From: a virus
Strand: one strand, 5' to 3'
DNA length: 64,000 nt
Virus record (IMG/VR): IMGVR_UViG_3300005617_000581
The position numbers and the translations under genes are program-made. The notes under the pieces are model-generated. The model was given only the letters and a program-made list of their open reading frames with translations, was not told where the DNA came from and did not search any database. This document shows, piece after piece, positions 31,933 to 40,800 of the stretch. Numbering within the stretch: position 1 is the first letter of the stretch; each line of letters opens with the position of its first letter.

Positions 31933-32982
31933 ATGAAGCTCAATAAGACACGCCGCTCGACGGCGACCCTGCTCGGGGTCGCGTTCGGGGACGCGATGGG
32001 ACGCAACACGGAGTTCGTCTACTCCGTCAAGGAGATCGTGCGCCGCAACCTGGTCGTGTACGACCTGCCGCGCCCGGCCCTGGTCACCGACGATACCGAC
32101 ATGACGCGCTACGTCTGTCGCGCGCTGTTGGCTGTCGACGACGTCGCTAACCTCGAACACGCGTTCGTCGAGCAGTTCATCGACTGGTACGACCAGATGG
32201 ACTCGGGCCGCAAGCCCGGCTCGTCGTGCATCCGCGCGGTGCGCAGCCTGATCGCGGACTCGAAGCACGACTGGCTGAGCAACACGGACCCGTTCGCCAA
32301 GGGATGCGGCGCCAACATGCGCGTCGCGCCGGTGGCGCTCGACACGCGCCTGGTGCCCGACTTCGAGGCCGTCGCGAACGTCGCGCAGCTCCAGTCGGCG
32401 ATCACGCACGCGCACCCGACCGCCCTGGCGGCCGCCGAACTGACGGCGTACGCGATCTGGCTGCTGCGCTGGGAGAACTTCGCGCTCGACGCGCGGCTCA
32501 TCGAGGCGCTGCTCGAACGGTGCGACTCGCAGCGCGGCGTCTACCGCGAGGACGTGCTCGGCGACCTGGCTAAGTATTGGTCCGACCGCAAGGCGATGGC
32601 TGGCTACGGTCGGCGCTGGAAGCCGGTCAACGCTAAGCGCGCGATGCAGCTCGGCTGGGACGAGGTGCTCGGCTCGATCCTCGACGTGTACGACGCGTAT
32701 ACGCTCGAGGACGTCGGCGACGACGTCTGTTCCTACACGGGAGGTGGCTGGATCGCCGAGGAGGCGCTAGCCGGTGCGCTGCTGGCGGCACTGTGGCACC
32801 CCGAAAATCCGGTCCGCGCACTGATGCGCGCCGCGACGACGTCGGGTGACTCGGATTCGCTGGCCAGCATCGCAGGCGCGCTTCACGGCGCGTGCTACGG
32901 GTACGACGCGTGGCCTCACGACTGGTACGCCCGCATCGAATTCGGCGACGAGCTCGCCGAATACGGCGAGCGCTGGGACTAG
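31933..32982 (+). CDS. ADP-ribosylglycohydrolase family protein (ARH/DraG-like)
   Basis: GVAFGDAMG, TEF and VTDDTDMT are the ARH-family Mg-binding signature. Preceded by ACGAGAGGAGAACGAG-ATG. Confidence 0.6.
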   Translation: MKLNKTRRSTATLLGVAFGDAMGRNTEFVYSVKEIVRRNLVVYDLPRPALVTDDTDMTRYVCRALLAVDDVANLEHAFVEQFIDWYDQMDSGRKPGSSCIRAVRSLIADSKHDWLSNTDPFAKGCGANMRVAPVALDTRLVPDFEAVANVAQLQSAITHAHPTALAAAELTAYAIWLLRWENFALDARLIEALLERCDSQRGVYREDVLGDLAKYWSDRKAMAGYGRRWKPVNAKRAMQLGWDEVLGSILDVYDAYTLEDVGDDVCSYTGGGWIAEEALAGALLAALWHPENPVRALMRAATTSGDSDSLASIAGALHGACYGYDAWPHDWYARIEFGDELAEYGERWD

Positions 32983-32986
32983 AAGG

Positions 32987-33148
32987 GTGGACGTCGCGGA
33001 ACTGCTGGACCGAATCGGCCGCTGCGAAGCGTGCGGCCGGTTCGTCGTCGAGGACGAACTAATCGAACTGCTAACCCTGTTGGTCTGTGAAGACTGCCGC
33101 GATGAACTTAAGAGAGAAGGAGAACGAGATGACCAAGATTCACGATGA
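32987..33148 (+). CDS. Possible small zinc-ribbon protein
   Basis: A GTG-initiated 53-aa ORF with CEACG...CEDC. It overlaps the start of the next gene by 20 nt. Confidence 0.25.
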   Translation: MDVAELLDRIGRCEACGRFVVEDELIELLTLLVCEDCRDELKREGERDDQDSR

Positions 33149-33578
33149 ACTACCGGGCGTGCTGACGTGCCCCGAGGGTCACTTTCACGGCTACGTGATC
33201 GTTCACCTAACGTGGGAATCGACGGAGCCGTTCGCGCTCGTCGTCGAGGTTACGCCGCAGGATCGGTGGATGCTCGGTTCGACGGTCCACGGCGTCGCGG
33301 AGCGCGAAACGTTCGCGCAGTGTGCCGCACACGGCGACGTATCGTGCGAGGTCTACGGCACGCCAGGCGCCGTCACGTTCAAGATAAGGGCCACCGAACA
33401 CGAGGTCATGACCATCGCGGTCCCACACGAACTTCCTGACGGCCGCAAGCGCGTCGTGCTGACGGCGTTCGAGCGCGCGTCCGCGATCGGCTTTATCACG
33501 CGGACCTACGACGAGGTTCCGGCCGGCCGCGAGGACTGCGACATCGACCACCTCGCAGCGCGCCTGCTATATTCATAA
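33129..33578 (+). CDS. Hypothetical protein (start-associated-sequence gene)
   Basis: ATG 33129 preceded by AGAGAGAAGGAGAACGAG. 149 aa. Confidence 0.5.
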   Translation: MTKIHDELPGVLTCPEGHFHGYVIVHLTWESTEPFALVVEVTPQDRWMLGSTVHGVAERETFAQCAAHGDVSCEVYGTPGAVTFKIRATEHEVMTIAVPHELPDGRKRVVLTAFERASAIGFITRTYDEVPAGREDCDIDHLAARLLYS

Positions 33579-33607
33579 CTAGCTTCGCAGGCGCTCGGCA
33601 CCCACCT

Positions 33608-33646
33608 AAGGCGCCCTACCTCTACCGAGGTAGGGCGCCTTTTTCG
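33608..33646 (+). terminator. Intrinsic (rho-independent) terminator
   Basis: A perfect 14-15-bp stem AAGGCGCCCTACCTC / GAGGTAGGGCGCCTT with loop TACC, followed by TTTTT. Confidence 0.8.
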
Positions 33647-33669
33647 TCTCCCGGTGTTAGTATCTCCTT

Positions 33670-34065
33670 GTGCTGACGAATCTTTCAACGTGGCTGCCGC
33701 TGCTGCTCGTGATCGCTGCGACGCCGCGCGCCACGCGGATCGTCACCCGGGATAAGCTGCCGCTGATCGCGATACCTCGTGACGCGTTCGTCCGCCGCTG
33801 GGGAGCCTACGAGGACGAACCGAACGACGACGCCGAGACGCGCCGCGAGCGCCGTAAGATCGCGATCGGCGGTAAGGCGACCAACGTCGTCATGTCGTCG
33901 CTAGCGTACCTGTGGGAGTGTGACTGGTGCGTCTCGATCTGGCTCGGCGGCCTGCTGACGTTCCTGACCTGGATGTGGCCCGAAACTATGATCTACGTGC
34001 TCGTTCCGCTGGTCGCGTCGTACGCCGCGGGCTGGAACGCGGACGCCGAAACCAAGGGTAAGTAG
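33670..34065 (+). CDS. Membrane protein (DUF1360-like), leaderless GTG start
   Basis: Two or three TM helices and a CDWC motif. GTG 33670 lies 6 nt after the TAGTAT element at 33658-33663. Confidence 0.45.
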   Translation: MLTNLSTWLPLLLVIAATPRATRIVTRDKLPLIAIPRDAFVRRWGAYEDEPNDDAETRRERRKIAIGGKATNVVMSSLAYLWECDWCVSIWLGGLLTFLTWMWPETMIYVLVPLVASYAAGWNADAETKGK

Positions 34066-34079
34066 GAGGGATCAGCGAG

Positions 34080-35669
34080 GTGGCCGATCGTCCCTCGGCG
34101 CGTACCCGCGTCGCAGCTTCAAGCCACGACGACCGTACGCCGCTCGTCGGCGCGTCGCAGATGCTGCTCGGTCTACCGGGTGAGGACTACGCGCAGCGCT
34201 ACAAGTCGTGGCAGGACGAGCTGTGGGACTACACGCGCAACGTCGGCGAGTACGGCGGCGTCATGGACTGGTTCGCGTCGGGGATCTCGCGCATGCACCT
34301 GGTCGCAGCTGTCCAGCGTCCGGGTGAGCAGCGCGAACCCGAGATCCTGGCCGACGGACCCGCGGCCGACCAGATGCACCAGCTCGCCGCGTACGCCGCG
34401 GGCGGCGAAACACAGTACCTCTATAAGTGGGGTCGACACCTCGGGGTGCCCGGCGTTGGTTTCTTCATCGCGTACGACAGGGACGGCATGCGTCAGTTCG
34501 ACGTCAAGTCCGCCAAGCAGATCAGGCGCTCCGAGAAGCCCTTCTACGACGCGCAGAACCGAATCATTAAGACGCCCAAGGGCGAGGTAATCCGCGGCTT
34601 CGACGTCGAGGTCGCCGAGGGGCGCTGGGAACAGCTTCCCTACGAGTCGCTGGTCGGCCGCATCTACCGGCCGGACGACGAGCTGGACTACGAGGTATCC
34701 TCGTGGTCGCGCGGCGCGCTGACGACGCTACGCGAGATCGACCTGCTGAACCGACACGTCGTCGCTACGCTGCTGTCCCGGCTCGTCTTCAACGGCATCC
34801 TGTTCATACCGAGCGAGGTCACGTTCCCGGTCAACCCGCAGTTCAAGGACGCGCCGGATCCGTTCATCGCGGAGCTGGCGGCCGTCGCGGCGCGCGGCAT
34901 CAAGGACCCGGGCTCGCCGCTGAGCGCGCTGCCGCTGCCGCTGCGCGTCAAGTCGGACATGATCGAGCACTTCAAGCACCTGGTCATCGCGACCGGGGTC
35001 GACCCTAAGATCAACGAACTGCGCGCCGCGGCGATCCAGCGCCTGGCGCAGCAGCTGCCCGCGCCGCCGAGCGCGATGGAGGGCACGCAGGACTCGAACC
35101 ACTGGAACGCGTGGAAGGACTCCGAGGACAACATCAAGCTGTACTTCGGACCGACCATGGAAATCCTATGTGGCGGACACACGGACATCTACCTGCGGCC
35201 GATGTTGAAGGCGGCCGGTCACCCCCTGGAGACCTCCGACGGCGGCCGGATCATCTGCTGGTACGACGCATCGGACCTGATCAACAAGCCGGACAACTCG
35301 GAGAACGCGCGCGACGCGCGCGAAAAGATCGTCATCTCGGACGGGTCGTACCTGCGTCAGCTCGGCATGGACGACGACGACATGGCGACGGACGAGGAAC
35401 GCCGCAAGCAGATCCTGACGACGCTCGCGATCCAGGGGCTTCCTATTCCCGACTCGTACTACCTGCTGTACCCCGACGATAAGCCGGAACCGGGCGTCGA
35501 CCAGCTCGGCAACCCGATCCCGCAACCCGGACTGGCGGCCGGTGGACCGTCGCCTAACGCTGGCCCGTCGGGCGGATCCGCCAACGGTCGACCGGCCGCC
35601 GACCAGTCAACCGTCAAGACGCGCGCGCCGAAGGCTGTACCTACCCCGAGCGGCCCACGGGGAGGTTAG
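34080..35669 (+). CDS. Portal protein
   Basis: 529 aa, first large gene of the head-morphogenesis block immediately upstream of the MuF-like gene. It has an acidic/Gly-Pro C-terminus. Confidence 0.6.
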   Translation: MADRPSARTRVAASSHDDRTPLVGASQMLLGLPGEDYAQRYKSWQDELWDYTRNVGEYGGVMDWFASGISRMHLVAAVQRPGEQREPEILADGPAADQMHQLAAYAAGGETQYLYKWGRHLGVPGVGFFIAYDRDGMRQFDVKSAKQIRRSEKPFYDAQNRIIKTPKGEVIRGFDVEVAEGRWEQLPYESLVGRIYRPDDELDYEVSSWSRGALTTLREIDLLNRHVVATLLSRLVFNGILFIPSEVTFPVNPQFKDAPDPFIAELAAVAARGIKDPGSPLSALPLPLRVKSDMIEHFKHLVIATGVDPKINELRAAAIQRLAQQLPAPPSAMEGTQDSNHWNAWKDSEDNIKLYFGPTMEILCGGHTDIYLRPMLKAAGHPLETSDGGRIICWYDASDLINKPDNSENARDAREKIVISDGSYLRQLGMDDDDMATDEERRKQILTTLAIQGLPIPDSYYLLYPDDKPEPGVDQLGNPIPQPGLAAGGPSPNAGPSGGSANGRPAADQSTVKTRAPKAVPTPSGPRGG

Positions 35670-35670
35670 T

Positions 35671-37812
35671 ATGACGAGGTTTGCCGGTTGGTCTGAGCGT
35701 GAGCTACTCCGGCGTGAGCGGGTGTTTGACGGCCTACTCAACAAGGCGACGCGATCCGTCGGGCGCGTCGTTGCGGCCAACATGCGCGCCGCGCTGACGG
35801 CCGCGGCGGCCCCGGACGACGAGTACGTTCCGAGCGGCTGGCAGCCCGCGGGCGGGGAAGTCGCGACCGCGTGGGCGTACCACGTCGACCACGAGCTGAT
35901 GCCGTACCTCGAGGACGCGTTCCTCGACTCGGCGGCCGACGTCCACGGCGCCGCCGAGCTCGCGGCCGGGGTATCGATCACGAAGGTCACCGACGAACTC
36001 GCGAGCGACTACCTCGCGGCGGCGCGCAACCGACTAGTCGGCGTCGGCGACCTGGTCTGGAACGCGATCCGCGTCGAGCTGTCCAGCGGCTACGCCGCCG
36101 GCGACGGCGTCGAACAGCTCGCGACGCGCGTACGTAAGATCGTCGACGTCACCGAGCCGCGTGCCCGGACGATCGCGCGGACCGAGCTGATCTCGGCCGT
36201 CAACGCGTCGAACCTGCTGCAGGTTAAGATCGCCGGGTTTACCGACGCCGAGTGCTCTAAGTGCTGGCTGGCGACCGACGACGAACGCACGCGGATCGCG
36301 CATCACCAGGCCGACGGGCAGTGCGTCGGGCTGTGGCAGCCGTTCATCGTCGGCGGCGAAGGCCTGCAGTTTCCGGGGGATCCGTCCGGGCGGCCCGACA
36401 ACGTCATCAACTGCCGGTGCAGCCTCGGGTATGAGTTCCACGACGACGATCCGCTAACCGCCGCGGAAGATTTCGGGCTCGACTGGGATCCGACCGAGCA
36501 TCCGCGCAACCCGGCGGACGGACGGTTCGTCGACGTCGTCGGCGCCGTCGAAAGGTTCATCGACGCCGACGAAGCTACCAGGATGCACGTCGCGATGACG
36601 AAGGGTAAGCCCTGGACGAAGGCACAGGACAAGGCCCTGGAGGGCTACGTCACGCGTACGTTCACGCCCGTTAATGGCGTGCTGCGCGGCGAGCAGGAAT
36701 CCGACGAACGAACCGACCAGGAAATCGCGAACATTCACGCCGCGATGAGGCCGACCACGCAGCCGATCCGCGTATCGCGACGCGTGCAGTCGACGGCGTT
36801 CGGAATTCCACCGGGCGTCGGGGCCGACCGCGACTACAGCGGCGACCTGCAGCACCTGGTCGGGCGAACGCTGCGCGAGCCGGGATTTCTGTCGACGTCG
36901 ACCAACGAACGATGGAGTAAGCCGACGCTGGTGGCGGGGCGCATGATCGTTATCGAGCTGGACGTACCGGCGGGCACGCCCGCGGCGTTTCTCGGCGCGC
37001 CCGGCGGACCCGGCATGTCACACGAGAGCGAGCTGCTGCTCGACCACGGCACCAAGTTCGTCGTCACTAAGGTGTTCAAGGAACCCAACGGCCCGACGCG
37101 CGTCTACGGCCGCGTCGTTACCGACACGCTCGTCGCCAAGTACGACCCGAAGGAGCTCCGCGACGACCACGGCCGCTGGACGGATACGCCCGGGTCGGGT
37201 GCCGCCTACAAGATGTTCGACTACCTGGCGGACCAGCGCGACCGGAACGACTTCGAGCGCGAGATGGACGACAACGGCCCCGCGCCGACGACGGAGCAGT
37301 TCAGCGAGCTGGAGCTCTACGCCGACAGCGGCTACGACGACATCAACACGGCGCTCCGCCGAAAGCGAACGCACGGCGAAGATCCGAGTGACGACGTACT
37401 CAACAGCATCACGCTCCTCAGGGACGCCATGCGCCCGACGCCGCGCGACGTTCAGGTACGTCGCCACGTCGAACCGGACGCGTTCGGCATTAAGACTAAC
37501 CACCAGGTCCTACTGAGCAAGCACCACGACTGGTCGAGCGAACTTAAGCACCTCGTGGGAAGGACGCTCGAGGAACCAGGATTCATGTCTACGTCGGTAG
37601 ATCCCAACTGGTCGAGCCACGCGACATACGGAATCATGATCGAGGTCAACGTGCCCGAGGGTACGCCGGCGTACTACATGGGAGGCATGGACGGTCCAGG
37701 CCTCGAAGGTGAGTTTGAGCTTCTCCTTAACGCGGGAACTCGGTTTAAGGTTTTGGACGTGGTACACGAGTCGGGACGGATCACGACGGTGCGCGCGGAG
37801 GTGGTTTCGTGA
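35671..37812 (+). CDS. MuF-like head-morphogenesis protein fused to two tandem C3/VIP2-type ADP-ribosyltransferase domains
   Basis: MuF core has RIAHHQADGQ...NCRCS. ART1 has YVTRTFTPVNGVLRG, VSRRVQ (Arg), FLSTST (STS) and SHESELLL (ExE). ART2 has YDDINTALR, QVRRHV, FMSTSV and EGEFELLL. Confidence 0.75.
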   Translation: MTRFAGWSERELLRRERVFDGLLNKATRSVGRVVAANMRAALTAAAAPDDEYVPSGWQPAGGEVATAWAYHVDHELMPYLEDAFLDSAADVHGAAELAAGVSITKVTDELASDYLAAARNRLVGVGDLVWNAIRVELSSGYAAGDGVEQLATRVRKIVDVTEPRARTIARTELISAVNASNLLQVKIAGFTDAECSKCWLATDDERTRIAHHQADGQCVGLWQPFIVGGEGLQFPGDPSGRPDNVINCRCSLGYEFHDDDPLTAAEDFGLDWDPTEHPRNPADGRFVDVVGAVERFIDADEATRMHVAMTKGKPWTKAQDKALEGYVTRTFTPVNGVLRGEQESDERTDQEIANIHAAMRPTTQPIRVSRRVQSTAFGIPPGVGADRDYSGDLQHLVGRTLREPGFLSTSTNERWSKPTLVAGRMIVIELDVPAGTPAAFLGAPGGPGMSHESELLLDHGTKFVVTKVFKEPNGPTRVYGRVVTDTLVAKYDPKELRDDHGRWTDTPGSGAAYKMFDYLADQRDRNDFEREMDDNGPAPTTEQFSELELYADSGYDDINTALRRKRTHGEDPSDDVLNSITLLRDAMRPTPRDVQVRRHVEPDAFGIKTNHQVLLSKHHDWSSELKHLVGRTLEEPGFMSTSVDPNWSSHATYGIMIEVNVPEGTPAYYMGGMDGPGLEGEFELLLNAGTRFKVLDVVHESGRITTVRAEVVS

Positions 37813-40800
37813 GCGCGCTCAGCGACGGTAAGAACGCGCTGTTCGTCCTCGTCGACGAGGACGAACCGCTGGCGGCCGCGCTGTCGCACAAGCAGGTCAA
37901 GGCGATGGATATCGCTGCTCAGGCGCTTAAGAACCTACCCGGATCCGGCGACTGGGATCCGAAGCTGCACCCGCGGAACCCGAACACCGGGGAGTTCATC
38001 GACAAGGGCACGTCGATCGTTAAGATCTCGAAGGACGACATCGGGCACATCATTGCGCTGGATCCGTCGGCGTTCAACGACTGGTTCATCAAGATAGGTC
38101 CACATACTAAGAAGAGCTGGGACGCGCAGGCGCCGGGTACGCAGAAGATTCTTAAAAACCTCGCGGCTAAGTACGCGGCCGCGGGACAGGGCGCCGACGC
38201 GTTCGACCTCATTCAAGTTTTCGAACACGTGGCAACGCACGGTAAGCTCACTGGCATCAAGTGGGATGCTCCACTCAAGCTGGACGAGCTCGGTCAGAGT
38301 GATTTCTTCGACTGGTTTCACGACATCTTCGTTTCGGGGGACAGCCACCATGATAAGCAGGCCTGGAACGAACTGTCAACGAAGCAAAAGGGTGAGGTCA
38401 TCGCGGAGGTCGCGAAGCTTCTAAGCTCACCTCATACAACCGACGCATACGTTAAGAACCTCGCGAAGAAGATCAACCAGCTCGAGGGTACCCCCGTCCT
38501 GAAGGTCGATACGCCGCCGTCGGCGTTCGTGCCGCAGCCGGCGCAGCCGATCGGCGTCGGAACGGTGCCCGTGGTCGGCGTTCCGTTGAAGATTAACACG
38601 CCGTTCGTCTACAAGACCGCGTTTATGAACAACACGATCATCGCTGAGAAACTGCAGCACGATCCGCCGCTGCGGATAATCTTTAAGAACAGTAAGTTTC
38701 ACATCCAATCGCAGGACGCCAGCGGCACGTGGGCAACGCCGAGCGTGGGGCTGACGCAAAAGCTCGGGATCGCCGGTCCGTACGGTAAGCCGCTCGGTAA
38801 GGGCGAGCTCTATAAGGCGTTTAAGAACGACGTCGGCTGGACGTCGCCCCTCAATACGCAGGCACACTTTAAGACTCCGAGCTCGGCTCCCCCACTGTCC
38901 GCCGAGACTCAGGCCGTGATCGAAGAGATCAAGATGATGTCTGGGCCGGAGTTCGTCGGATTCATGGACGACAACTATGACGAGATACTCGCTATGTGGA
39001 ATACCGCGCCCGACGAGGAGAAGAAGGTACTCAAGGACAAGGCAACCGAAGTCCTAACTCACCCGAAGGCGAATGGGTTCGTCTCGCCGAGCGACAAATC
39101 ATACCTGAAGCCGTACCAGCAGCTCCAGGAGATCGAAAAGCAGGTCAGCAACATGCTGAAGTCGACGACACCTCCCAAGGGGGCTGTCTATGGCACGTCG
39201 ACATTCGCGGTGCCGGGTAACCTGAACACGTACAGTAACGTCAACATCAACCAGTTCTACGACAGCATCACACAGGCCGACTGGGACTCGTTTGACAAGC
39301 CGACCAAGACCTACCTGCAGAAGATCGCGGATCAGTTCGAGCACGACGGTAACGACGAACCAGGCGCCGCGCTAATCGCCTTAAAGAACAACGAGGGACC
39401 CGGTTCGCCTTGGGCGAGCATGCCGACGCTGTCGCAGATGTCGCCGGAGATCTCGAAGATGGATTCGCTGCAGTTTAAGGAGTGGCTGGACAACCAGACC
39501 GCGCAGACGCTGAGCGAACTCAACCACAAGGAGCAGGTTCACCTGTTCGACGTCGCGGCGAACCACACCCTGACGAACTACCTACACGACGTCATCAGCT
39601 CGACGGCGTCGACGTTGACGGATCCACAGTTGTCGCCGCAGGCGAACCCGAACGTGCCGAGTACGCCAAACGTGCCGACGACGCCCGGCGTTCCGGGCAA
39701 CCCGATCCTGCAGTCGATCCACGAAAACGTGCACGTCAACGTCAAGCCGATCGGTCAGATCGGCACGCCGATATCCGACGACCAGGTCGGTGCGTACGCG
39801 TCGATAACGCCGCTCGCGGCGCAGCACATGCAGGCCGAGATGCTTAAGCAGTCCGGTAAGACCTGGACGTCCGCGGAGATCAACTCCGTCGCGAAGTACA
39901 CGACGTCCGAGGGCTACCAGTCGATGAACGCGGTGCTGCGCAACGACCAGGTGCGCATGAAGAAGTTCTCGCAGCAGGCTCTTAAGGCCGCGGGTATGAA
40001 CGCGCGTGATCTTCAAAACGCCATGACGCCGACGACGACGAGCCTGCAGCTGTTCCGAGGAACGGGCGCGCACGCGTTCGGCTTCGACTCGGACCACGCG
40101 CCGAGCCTCGACGCGCTGAAGGCGCTCGAGGGGAAGCTGATCACCGACCGCGGGTTCACGTCGACGTCGATCGTCGACAAGACCGGCGTCGGCTGGGACT
40201 ACACCAAGAAGCCGATCCGCATCGAGATCAAGGTGCCGAAGGGCGCGCCCGCGCTGTACGTCTCGTCCGCGACCCCGGGCTACAAGACCGAGGAGGAACT
40301 GATCCTCGGCGCGGGTACGACGTTCCGGATCGACGAGGTTCGCGCCGCTACCGCGGCCGAGAAGGCGAAGCACGGCGGCGCGCTGGAGCACGTCGTCTCG
40401 GTAACCGTCGTCCCGCGCGCGAATCACCCCGGGCCGAAGAAGTTTCCGTCGTCCGTCGCGTCGCCGCTGTCGGCCGTCGACGCCGCGCAGGTGCCGCAGT
40501 CGCTTAAGCCGAACCCCAGTACGACGGCGACGCCGGGCGCGAAGCCGAAGGTTGGTGGAACGCCGTTCAAGTTCAACACGTCGACCATCTACAAGGTCGC
40601 GTACACGCCCGGCCAGACCGTCGCCGAACGACCGGGGCCCGACGGCGACATTAAGATGGTGTGGAACGTCAAGGGAAAGACGGGTAAGTTCCAGCTTTGG
40701 AAGAACGATCCGAACCTCAACAAGTGGCTGCTCGTCAAGGAGTACGGCAAGGGCGACGCGTACACGGCGTTTAAGAACGACTCGGGCTGGTTCGAGCCCG

